Shown here: one piece after another, positions 18,779 to 27,472 of the stretch
Layout: each line of letters opens with the position of its first letter
Numbering within the stretch: position 1 is the first letter of the stretch
Source of the DNA: an uncultured Sutterella sp.
Lineage (GTDB): Bacteria > Pseudomonadota > Gammaproteobacteria > Burkholderiales > Burkholderiaceae_F
DNA: 39,569 nt
Direction of reading: 5' to 3'
NCBI GenBank assembly: GCA_905192805.1
Contig: CAJJMF010000001.1
Span: 1 to 39,569, forward strand
Notes under the pieces: model-generated
Databases searched by the model: none
Seen by the model: the letters and a program-made list of their open reading frames with translations, nothing else
What the model was told of the DNA's origin: nothing
Program-made: the position numbers and the translations under genes

Positions 18779-20677
18779 TTAACCGTGTGTGCGGTTTTCA
18801 GCCGTGGCAGACGTCGTTTGTTGGGCACTGTTGAGTGCGGCAAGCAGTCCCATCTCATCAATCGGCTTTTGTAAAACCGTGGGAAACACGGCGCTATTGG
18901 CTGCTCCGGAGAACGTCAACTCACGCCAACGGGTTTCGATCAAATCTTCTGAAACAGCCGTCAGCAAAATGCCTTCCAAGGGACGCCCCATCGCCTTAGC
19001 CTTCGCACTCACACGGCACCACGTTTCCAGCCCATCGGGTTGGTCTTCGCCTAAGTTAAAGTCCGTGATAAAGAGTTCCGCCTCCGCGAGTTCGCTCGCC
19101 ATAGCCGCTTCAAAAGCGTCGTCAATACGATGAAAAACGCTGACCGTAGCCCCCCAACTGCGTAGCATCTCTGCCACGGCTTGCGCCACCATCACGTTAT
19201 CTTCGAGCAGCAGCACGCGACCTGACCACTGTGGCATCTCATTTTGGGTGAGCGTCACGCGTTTAGGTTTCACCTCTTCGCTCGTCGCATCTGGACGGAA
19301 CGTCATGCGAAACACACTCCCGCGCCCTAAGTGCGAATCCACGCTTAACTGCGCTCCCAACTGTAAGGCAATGCCTTTCACAATCGAGAGTCCCAACCCA
19401 AAACCTGTGCTGGCGCTCTCTTTACCGGCACTGCCTCGATAAAACGTTTCAAAAATCCGCTTACGATCCTCCGGGCTTAACCCAGGACCACAGTCATAGA
19501 CACCGATCGTCACCGCCCCACTCCCTAAACGGCGTGCCGCAATCACCACTTCGGGGTTGGGCGCATCAGGGCGCGAATAGTTGATGGCATTACTCAAGAG
19601 GTTCTTCAGGGCACGCTTGAGCATCAAGCGGTCCGTAAAGAGCGAACACTCGACGGAGACGACCCGAACGCGTAACCCTTGCTTTTCCGCAATGGGACGA
19701 CATTCTTGGGCCAATTCCTCTAAAAATTCGGTCAAGCTGACGGGCTCAGGATGCAAATCAAGGCGCCCGAACTCCATCCGTGTCACCGTTAAGACCTGTT
19801 CGACCAGCGTGGAAATGGATTCACTGGTGTGCACCAGTTGCTCCACCACGGGGAGCATCGCGGGCGTCGAGCGACGCCGTAACAGGTCGAGATAAATCCC
19901 CATCGCCTGCAAGGGTTGGCGAATATCGTGATTGGCTGCAGCAAAAAATCGGGAGCGTCGATCGCTCTGGAATTCCGCCACACGACGTGCTTTTTCACTT
20001 TGGGTTACTTCGGCTTTGAGGCGCTCAACGAGACGACGATTTTTGTCGTCATTCATAATCGAAGCGTGCACCATTTCGTTCAATTTCCGGCCCGAATACA
20101 AAATAAAAGCGCACGCCACCACCATCACCGCTGACACAAGCGTAGTACTCAAACCAAACTGAAACGCCAAAGCGAACATCATGGGTAAGAGGGCCAAAAT
20201 GGTAAAGGCCGTGAGCGAGGGAAGCCAGCAGGAATACACCGGCCAACTCGCAAACGTCACCGAGACGACGACGGCAACGGTCACCACCTGAGAAATCCCC
20301 GAGAGCGGAAGCATCAGCGCCGGACCCGCCACCCCCCATATAATCCCCGCCGCCACCGCCAACGCCGTCCAGCGGCGGATCCAGAGTCGAATCCGCAGTA
20401 CCCGATCCCGGTCGAGCCAAAAGTAGCGCACATAACGTAACGACAAATACGTCTGTACTAACCCAAAGCTATACCAAATCAGCAAAAACACTCGGCTCAC
20501 GTCACTGTGCCAGAAAACGGCGACCAAACTGGTCATCCCCGCAAATTGCGCCAAAAGGGCAATCGGGTGCAGTTTGAGCGACGTTAAAATCATTTTGGCC
20601 AACGTTCGCCCCGACATGTGGGAAGCCGAGGGGCGGAAAATGAGCCGTAGTAAGCGTTTGATGGGATTATCGTTCAC
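18779..20677 (-). CDS. membrane hybrid sensor histidine kinase (multi-TM + HisKA + HATPase + REC)
   Basis: About 6 TM segments; AANHDIRQPL; NLLSNAINY; DCGPG; GFGLGL; REC LLEDN...ITDFNL...QKP. Confidence 0.93.
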   Translation of the reverse strand: MNDNPIKRLLRLIFRPSASHMSGRTLAKMILTSLKLHPIALLAQFAGMTSLVAVFWHSDVSRVFLLIWYSFGLVQTYLSLRYVRYFWLDRDRVLRIRLWIRRWTALAVAAGIIWGVAGPALMLPLSGISQVVTVAVVVSVTFASWPVYSCWLPSLTAFTILALLPMMFALAFQFGLSTTLVSAVMVVACAFILYSGRKLNEMVHASIMNDDKNRRLVERLKAEVTQSEKARRVAEFQSDRRSRFFAAANHDIRQPLQAMGIYLDLLRRRSTPAMLPVVEQLVHTSESISTLVEQVLTVTRMEFGRLDLHPEPVSLTEFLEELAQECRPIAEKQGLRVRVVSVECSLFTDRLMLKRALKNLLSNAINYSRPDAPNPEVVIAARRLGSGAVTIGVYDCGPGLSPEDRKRIFETFYRGSAGKESASTGFGLGLSIVKGIALQLGAQLSVDSHLGRGSVFRMTFRPDATSEEVKPKRVTLTQNEMPQWSGRVLLLEDNVMVAQAVAEMLRSWGATVSVFHRIDDAFEAAMASELAEAELFITDFNLGEDQPDGLETWCRVSAKAKAMGRPLEGILLTAVSEDLIETRWRELTFSGAANSAVFPTVLQKPIDEMGLLAALNSAQQTTSATAENRTHG

Positions 20678-20689
20678 GTTGCTCCTCTC

Positions 20690-21682
20690 TTAGGCGTGCG
20701 TAGCACGTTCCAGCGTCACGTGAGGGGCATGATAGGTGAGCCGCACCCATTCACCTACCGGTAGGGCGGTCTTCGCATGGATATGCCCAAACGGGAGCCC
20801 ATGCAAGAAGCGTACCCCTGTCCGAAGCGCCCAATCGTTAATCACCGACTCTAAGGTCAGATCCTCGGGCCACGTCTGGGCACGGTCTGCGCCTTGGAAA
20901 TCCCCCAAAATCACCGCTTGTTGTGTGGCCAAAATCCCTGAGAGTGCCAACTGCGTGAGCATACGGTCAATACGGTAAGCGGGTTCCCCCACGTCTTCGA
21001 TAAAGAGAATACCTCCTGCGAGGGCCTTGGCGTCCGGGAAATACGGTGTGCCCATCAGCGAGGTGAGCACAGTCAAATTACCCCCCCAGAGTCGCCCCTC
21101 AAGGGTCATCGAAGAGGGCGCAGGAATCGGGCTAACCGACTCACTCGTAAACGTCACCTGCCACGGTGTTTTGCCTAACGCCATCGCGAGCGCTTCCAGT
21201 GTGAGCGGATCCGGATTAATCAGATCGCGTAACGTCGGCCCCTGCCAGGAGACGATCCCACGGCTCAGCAGGGCTAAATTGAGTGCCGTAAAGTCCGAAA
21301 AGCCCATGAGGACTGGGAAGTCCCCTGCCTCGTAGCGACGTTGCCACGTCGCCCAAGGCAAATGCGCTAAGAGTTGGGCGGCCCCTGCCCCACCACGCAA
21401 CGCCATCACTAGGGCGGGAGAGCGTCCTTGTTCGGGGGAAAGCATCCCCACCAATCCAGCGACCCGCGCCTCCAATGTTCCTGCGTAGCGACGATCATTA
21501 TCAAACGCATTATTGGCGTACCGAACCGTAAACCCCAGTGTATCGAGGGCTTCACGTGCGCGTTGATGAAGCGACTCATCGAGCCCGCCATCGTCACGCA
21601 CCCATTGGCGCGACGGGGCGACGATCCCCATGAGTGTCCCCCAAAAACGTCCGTTGTCTTGGGGGTGAGATTCCCTTAACAT
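20690..21682 (-). CDS. ldcA: LD-carboxypeptidase (peptidase S66)
   Basis: GIVAPS, RGGAG, MGFSDFTAL, WGGNL, IEDVGE, PFGH. Confidence 0.9.
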   Translation of the reverse strand: MLRESHPQDNGRFWGTLMGIVAPSRQWVRDDGGLDESLHQRAREALDTLGFTVRYANNAFDNDRRYAGTLEARVAGLVGMLSPEQGRSPALVMALRGGAGAAQLLAHLPWATWQRRYEAGDFPVLMGFSDFTALNLALLSRGIVSWQGPTLRDLINPDPLTLEALAMALGKTPWQVTFTSESVSPIPAPSSMTLEGRLWGGNLTVLTSLMGTPYFPDAKALAGGILFIEDVGEPAYRIDRMLTQLALSGILATQQAVILGDFQGADRAQTWPEDLTLESVINDWALRTGVRFLHGLPFGHIHAKTALPVGEWVRLTYHAPHVTLERATHA

Positions 21683-22638
21683 TCGTTATCCTCCGCGGGT
21701 TTTGGGGTACGACGTGACGCAAAAAAACGCGTCAAGAGGCCTTGAGAGGCCTCGGCTAAGCAGCCCTGATGCACCTCCGGGTGATGATTCATCCCCGCAA
21801 TCCCAAATAAGTCAAACGCGCCCCCCATGGCCCCTGCTTTAGGATCAGGAAGCGCAAACACCACGCGTCCCACGCGAGCCTCTTTAATGGCGCCCGCACA
21901 CATGGGGCACGGCTCAAGCGTCACATAAAGCGTAGCGTCATTCATACGGTAATTGCCCAGTGCTTGAGCGCCTTGGCGTAGCACCAGCATTTCCGCATGA
22001 GCCGTCGGATCGCCTTCTGTTCGGGTTGCATTGCCCGCTTGCGCGAGCACCTCCCCATGGCGCACCAAAACGGCGCCAATGGGAACCTCTCCTCGGGCTT
22101 GCGCTTGTTGCGCCACCTCGAGCGCCAAGGTCATAAAACGTTGGTCGGTTTCCGAATCGACTTTTAAACTCGGGGGCGCATTCACCGCACGATTTTGCGC
22201 TTGGAGTGTCTCCCGAACACGTCGCCGTCTTTCCATCAAAATGGCCTGAGCCGACTCCATTTCATCAATGAGACGCAATCGATTCACATTACTGGGATGT
22301 GGTTGGCGAATCCGCCACTTGCCCCGTCCCGCTTCCGTGACACGCTCCATCAACCCGATCGCGTCGGCACGCTCCATCAGTACGTCGGGGCGCTCCGCTA
22401 ACCACGCGCCTTCATCACGGAGAAATCGGCTCGCCTCTGCCTGACATACCTGCTCGTCCAGGGTGTCCCCCGCATTGCCTAAGCCCAATACCCAAGCCCC
22501 CAGCACGACGCGCTCATCGTCCTCTTGGTGACGCCGTAAGCTTGCCAGTGTTGAACCCCGACGAAGCATTAACGCACAAAAACGCTCGATATCCGAGAGC
22601 GTAAAGTCACTAGGGGGTAATCGATACATACGAAGCAC
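21676..22638 (-). CDS. tadA: tRNA adenosine(34) deaminase with a ~160 aa N-terminal extension
   Basis: EVPIGAV, PTAHAE, YVTLEPCPMCAGA, FF..RR in the C-terminal half. Confidence 0.9.
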   Translation of the reverse strand: MLRMYRLPPSDFTLSDIERFCALMLRRGSTLASLRRHQEDDERVVLGAWVLGLGNAGDTLDEQVCQAEASRFLRDEGAWLAERPDVLMERADAIGLMERVTEAGRGKWRIRQPHPSNVNRLRLIDEMESAQAILMERRRRVRETLQAQNRAVNAPPSLKVDSETDQRFMTLALEVAQQAQARGEVPIGAVLVRHGEVLAQAGNATRTEGDPTAHAEMLVLRQGAQALGNYRMNDATLYVTLEPCPMCAGAIKEARVGRVVFALPDPKAGAMGGAFDLFGIAGMNHHPEVHQGCLAEASQGLLTRFFASRRTPKPAEDNEC

Positions 22639-22662
22639 GTCCTTTGGGGTTGATCAAAACGG

Positions 22663-23091
22663 TTAGGAGACGGAAACGCTCTTGCGACACAGCAAATAGA
22701 GCCACATCACGAGAATAGCAAAGGAGGCAAAGACTAACGCATAGAGCACAACCACGCTGTCAACACGATCCAACCAGTAGCCTACCAGTCCTTGCGCTAA
22801 GGAGAGTGCGAGCACCCACCAACCCGAAAATCCGGCGTCACGAACACGACGCACGGTGATGGCGAGCGAGGGAATCACCGTGAACACCCCCCAAATGAGC
22901 GGTACCCAATACGCTAACTGGGTCACGAGGGGATGCTCGCTCACGAGCATCAATTCCAATAACGTGACATTCAGTAGCCACGAACACAGCACAAAGAGCC
23001 CCAAAAAGGACCAAAACTCAAAACGCGTGCTTCGCCCCGTGAAATTCAGATAATTGTCTCGAGAAAACGCACCGATAAAGGCTTTCCACAT
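22663..23091 (-). CDS. DUF805 (YhaH-like) inner-membrane protein, paralog 2
   Basis: YLNFTGRSTRFEFWSF, IPSLAITVRRVRDAGFSGWW; start set at ATG 23091. Confidence 0.88.
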   Translation of the reverse strand: MWKAFIGAFSRDNYLNFTGRSTRFEFWSFLGLFVLCSWLLNVTLLELMLVSEHPLVTQLAYWVPLIWGVFTVIPSLAITVRRVRDAGFSGWWVLALSLAQGLVGYWLDRVDSVVVLYALVFASFAILVMWLYLLCRKSVSVS

Positions 23092-23093
23092 GG

Positions 23094-23531
23094 TTATCGT
23101 TCCTGTTGAAGACGCGTGGGCTGTGCACAGAGTCCAAGAAGCAACACGGTTAAACCAAGGGAGACCAAGGAGAGTAGCAGTGCGGCGGTACCCCAATAGT
23201 CGAGCATCCACTCCCCTAACCCATTTACGAGGACCTGTAAGAGGGCGATCGCTAGGAGCCAATAAGGAGAATAGCCCGCATCACGTAAACGACGTACCGT
23301 TAAACACATATACGGAAGAATAGAGGCTAAGGAGAAAATACTGTACACCGCTGCGAGAACCAAGGCAGCGGCTGGCCAATCCCACGCAATCAGCATCATC
23401 CCCAGAGCACCAAAAAGGCTGGTGATAATCCAATAAAACAAGAAAAAGGACCAGAACTCTGCTCGGGTGCTGCGCCCACCAAACGTGGCATAGTGCCCAC
23501 GACGATACGCCAGCAAAAAATTCGTCCACAT
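23094..23531 (-). CDS. DUF805 (YhaH-like) inner-membrane protein, paralog 1
   Basis: YATFGGRSTRAEFWSF, LPYMCLTVRRLRDAGYSPYW. Confidence 0.88.
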   Translation of the reverse strand: MWTNFLLAYRRGHYATFGGRSTRAEFWSFFLFYWIITSLFGALGMMLIAWDWPAAALVLAAVYSIFSLASILPYMCLTVRRLRDAGYSPYWLLAIALLQVLVNGLGEWMLDYWGTAALLLSLVSLGLTVLLLGLCAQPTRLQQER

Positions 23532-23580
23532 ACCAATTAACCGTGAAGAAAACGTGATCTTCCTAGTATAGCAGTCTCCC

Positions 23581-24369
23581 TTAGCCTGCTCTAGAAACTT
23601 CTTTGTGTTTTGCCGTCGCTAAGTGTATCGTGTAATACGCTTGCGTGACTTCGTGATTCATCTGTTCCTTGAGCGATTGAAGTGCCCGATGGGTGAGACT
23701 TACCGAACGCACCACCTCCGTCACACTGGGCATGTCTTCAGGAACAATCAATTGGGCCCATCCCCATACGTCTCGCCAGCTAAGCGCGTTGGCCATGATC
23801 CATGCCATGACGGGACGCAACTCCTCATCAGAACTACTCACCCGTTCTAAGACCAATACCAGCACACCGTCTTTTTGCGAGAAGCCACGTAGAAGTCGCT
23901 CACCATTCGGGGTGGTCAACGGCCACAATTCTGTGAGATAGCGCTGGGAAAGCGTCGCTTCCTCGACCGTGGGTTTGAGGCGCGCTCGGACAATGCGCCG
24001 AGGCTCCAGTCCCACTGCCTCATGCTGAGAGACGACAAGTGAGGAGTGTTGACGTAGACACACCGCGAGCAGGTACGCGAGCTCTTGGGCTCGCTCGGGC
24101 GTGTCGTGCACATCAACACGTACCGAAAAATTGGTCGTGTGGTAAAAACCGCCACGCTCAATCTGAGGGTGTCCTACGGAGAGCCTCAGTACGGGCGTTA
24201 AGAGGGCGAGGGCGGCGCGGGCAATGGTCTCGGTGAGGACGTATTGCTCGGCGGCTGAGTGCGCCTGCCACGCACTCACAGCGGCCTGATCCCGAGGATC
24301 CGGGGCCACTTCAAACTGCAAAAACACCTCAGCGGGATCGCTAAGCACATCGCGCTCACTCGCCTCCAT
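23581..24369 (-). CDS. hypothetical protein
   Basis: 262 aa ORF 6 nt after the U32 stop, co-oriented with the run; no family recognised. Confidence 0.7.
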   Translation of the reverse strand: MEASERDVLSDPAEVFLQFEVAPDPRDQAAVSAWQAHSAAEQYVLTETIARAALALLTPVLRLSVGHPQIERGGFYHTTNFSVRVDVHDTPERAQELAYLLAVCLRQHSSLVVSQHEAVGLEPRRIVRARLKPTVEEATLSQRYLTELWPLTTPNGERLLRGFSQKDGVLVLVLERVSSSDEELRPVMAWIMANALSWRDVWGWAQLIVPEDMPSVTEVVRSVSLTHRALQSLKEQMNHEVTQAYYTIHLATAKHKEVSRAG

Positions 24370-24375
24370 AGTTCT

Positions 24376-25620
24376 CTACCGGTCCGCGGGCACGACGCGG
24401 TAGAGTTTATCGTTCGTGCGAATTTTCTCTGGCACGACAAACGTCACCTCATCGCCCTTTTTGGCCACGGTGCCTGGTTGATCATTGACACGCATCCCTT
24501 CAACCGTGAAACTCACTGCCCCTGTGGTGGGACCCGTCACCAAGACCTTATCACCTTCGTGCAATTCCCCGGCTTGCACCTTAAAGTGCCCCACACCAGC
24601 CTTAGCGTAGTAGTCCAAGGTAATGGCGCAATAGACCTTCTTTTCAGTAGCTTTGGATCCATAGCCGTCGGTTAATTGGGCAACCGGCTCCCCTAGGTAG
24701 TAGCCATTCCAGAACCCACGGTTAAAGACTTTCGCTAACCGTTCATCCCATTCACTCTTGGCGTTTTCGTCCCAATGCCCTTGAGCAATCCGCTTGAGGG
24801 CCTCATCGTAGGCTTCGGTCACGGTACGCACGTACTCTGGCCCACGGGCTCGGCCTTCGATTTTGAAAACGCGAGCACCCGCAGCCACCATACGATCCAA
24901 AAATCCGATGGTTTTGAGGTCTTGAGGGGAGAAAATGTAGCCATTGTCTACGGCTAATTCGATATCACGCTCTTTGTCTTTGACGATGTATTCGCGTCGG
25001 CACGTCTGAAGACATTCACCGCGGTTGGCACTTTTACCACGCGTGCCTTCACTTAAGTAGCAACGTCCACTCACGGCCATACAAAGTGCGCCATGGCAAA
25101 ACATTTCCAAGCGAATCGGTTCCCCACGGGGCCCTAAAATCGGCTCCTCAATCACTTGTTGGTGAATATGAGCGACTTGTTCGAGCGTCAATTCACGGGC
25201 GAGCACCGCCACGTCCGCAAACTGCGCATAAAAACGTAGCGCTTCGACGTTAGCGATATTGAGTTGTGTGGAGAGATGGACTTCTAAACCCACCGAGCGT
25301 GCCGCCAGCATCGCCGCGACGTCCGCCACAATAACGGCTGAAATCCCCGCGGCTTTGGCTTGGTGCATGATCGTATTCAACGCCCCCAAGTCTCCGTCGT
25401 AAATCACCGTATTGACCGTGAGATAACTCTTCACACCGTGTTCGGCGCAGAGTTGAGCCAATTGGGGCAGATCGTCCGCCGTAAACGCTTTGGCTGAGTG
25501 CGCACGCATATTGAGAGCACCCACACCAAAATACACCGCATCCGCACCGCCTTGAAAAGCGGCGTGCATGGCTTCTAAGGACCCTGCCGGGGACATCAAT
25601 TCAAAATCACTACGTTGCAT
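24376..25620 (-). CDS. peptidase U32 family Fe-S protein (TrhP/RlhA-like O2-independent hydroxylase family)
   Basis: ELMSPAGS, GADAVYFG, HLSTQ, LAREL, EMFCHGALCMAVSGRC...NRGECLQTCR, FKIEGR. Confidence 0.92.
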   Translation of the reverse strand: MQRSDFELMSPAGSLEAMHAAFQGGADAVYFGVGALNMRAHSAKAFTADDLPQLAQLCAEHGVKSYLTVNTVIYDGDLGALNTIMHQAKAAGISAVIVADVAAMLAARSVGLEVHLSTQLNIANVEALRFYAQFADVAVLARELTLEQVAHIHQQVIEEPILGPRGEPIRLEMFCHGALCMAVSGRCYLSEGTRGKSANRGECLQTCRREYIVKDKERDIELAVDNGYIFSPQDLKTIGFLDRMVAAGARVFKIEGRARGPEYVRTVTEAYDEALKRIAQGHWDENAKSEWDERLAKVFNRGFWNGYYLGEPVAQLTDGYGSKATEKKVYCAITLDYYAKAGVGHFKVQAGELHEGDKVLVTGPTTGAVSFTVEGMRVNDQPGTVAKKGDEVTFVVPEKIRTNDKLYRVVPADR

Positions 25621-25635
25621 GCTTTTCCTATGGGT

Positions 25636-27453
25636 TTATCGATGGTTGGTGAGTCTCACTCGCCGATCGATGTCACTAAAACTGGGCGTAGGTGTCTCGG
25701 GTTGGGCGCTCGCGTACTCGCAGTGCAACAATTCATGCGCCAAATGCCCATTGGGTGCGCCCAAAAAGTCTTGATAGAGCGCCTGTACATCCGGGTTCTC
25801 ATGCGCCCCTTTGATCGCATTGGCCTCATCGAGCGCATACACTTTGGCTTGACGCTGAGCAAGGGTACGTAACCAACCTGCACCGCGTGCGGTACCGCCC
25901 CCACCAATACATCCGCCTGGGCAGGCCATCACTTCAACAAAATGGTAAGGCGACTCGCCCCGCTTGACTAACTCAAGCATTTTCTCAGCACTACGAATCC
26001 CGTAGACGACCGCCACACGAAGTGTACCGAATTCTTCGGTTTCAATCGAGGCCTCTTTGGTATTCTCGAGTCCACGCACGGGCGTGAGGGGTAAGTGTCC
26101 AAAACGAGGACCCCCGGTTTGTGCCGACACCGTGCGCACCGCGGCCTCCATCACACCTCCCGTCGAAGCAAAGAGTTGCCCCGCCCCCGAGGTTTGGGTC
26201 ATTAAGTGCTGATCAAACGGCTCCGGCGCCAATTGCAGTAGATCAATGCCACGACGTTCGAGTAACCGGTGTAATTCTTGCACCGTCAAGACTAAGTCGA
26301 CATCACGCTCACCACCGTGCTTGAGGTTTTCGCGAGCACTCTCGCCTTTTTTTGCCGTACACGGCATGATCGAGAGGTGGCGGATCACCTTCGGGTTTAG
26401 CCCTAATTTTTGAGGCAAATACGTTTTGGCTAAGGCGCCAAAAATTTGTTGTGGCGAGCGCGTGCTCGACAAATGCTCTAACAGATCGGGGTGCGTTTTT
26501 TCCATATGGTTCACCCAACCCGGACAACACGAGGTGAACATCGTGTCGGGGTGAGTGAGCGTGCCCTTTGCTTTCGCTTCACGAAGCCGCGTCAGTAATT
26601 CCGTCCCCTCTTCCATAATGGTCACATCGGCCGCCCAACGCGTATCCATCACATAGTCCGCCCCTAAGCGCTTCAAGGCGGCCACTAATTGCCCTTCGAG
26701 ATTCGTTCCCGCGGGTGCGCCAACCATTTCGCTAATGGCAATACGTGTGGCCGGTGCAAACTGCACCACCGTCGTCACGGCCGGATCATCGAGCCAATCG
26801 AGTGCCTGTTCGCATTGGTCTTTCACCGAGAGGGCGCCCGTGGGACATACGAGGGCGCACTGCCCACATTGGATACAACGGTTAGAATCGCCCCAAAGTC
26901 CGCCATCAAAGCCAATCTGAGCCTCAGTCCCTGTACCTTCAAACGTGATCGCCCCAATCCCATGCAACTGACGACACACTTCCACGCACCGCACACAACG
27001 AATGCACTTATCCTGAATAAAGGTAAGCCCCGTTGCCGACCAGTCCGTTCCTTCACGTGCCGTGAGCGTACCCGACAGATGACCGACATCGAGTCCCACT
27101 TGCAAAGCGACCTGTTGCAATTCACAAGCCCCATGCCGTGGACACGCGGAACACGTTTCGCAGTGATCCATAAAGAGTAATTCGGCTTGGAGTTTTTGGT
27201 GGGAACGCACCTTCGCCGAGCGGGTGTCCACGTAAGAGCCCTCCAGTGCCCGTGTATCACAGGCACTCACGAGTCGCTTACCCTCAGACGTTGTCATCTC
27301 CACGAGACACATACGGCAAGTACCCGGGCGGTGATTGAGTGCTGCAAATTCGCACAACGTGGGCACAAAGACCCCTTCGCGTCGCGCCACCATCAAGAGC
27401 GTTTCGCCTTCCGTAAAAGACACCACACGTCCATTTAACGTCATTTGAGCCAT
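25636..27453 (-). CDS. hydA: [FeFe]-hydrogenase catalytic subunit (group A; [2Fe-2S], His-[4Fe-4S], 2x[4Fe-4S], H-cluster)
   Basis: H-cluster motifs TSCCPGW, MPCTAKKGE, EVMACPGGCIGGGG; CRMC; HCETCSAC...C; CIRCVRC...C; CIQCGQC...CP. Confidence 0.95.
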   Translation of the reverse strand: MAQMTLNGRVVSFTEGETLLMVARREGVFVPTLCEFAALNHRPGTCRMCLVEMTTSEGKRLVSACDTRALEGSYVDTRSAKVRSHQKLQAELLFMDHCETCSACPRHGACELQQVALQVGLDVGHLSGTLTAREGTDWSATGLTFIQDKCIRCVRCVEVCRQLHGIGAITFEGTGTEAQIGFDGGLWGDSNRCIQCGQCALVCPTGALSVKDQCEQALDWLDDPAVTTVVQFAPATRIAISEMVGAPAGTNLEGQLVAALKRLGADYVMDTRWAADVTIMEEGTELLTRLREAKAKGTLTHPDTMFTSCCPGWVNHMEKTHPDLLEHLSSTRSPQQIFGALAKTYLPQKLGLNPKVIRHLSIMPCTAKKGESARENLKHGGERDVDLVLTVQELHRLLERRGIDLLQLAPEPFDQHLMTQTSGAGQLFASTGGVMEAAVRTVSAQTGGPRFGHLPLTPVRGLENTKEASIETEEFGTLRVAVVYGIRSAEKMLELVKRGESPYHFVEVMACPGGCIGGGGTARGAGWLRTLAQRQAKVYALDEANAIKGAHENPDVQALYQDFLGAPNGHLAHELLHCEYASAQPETPTPSFSDIDRRVRLTNHR

Positions 27454-27472
27454 GTATCGTTACCTCGTTCGC

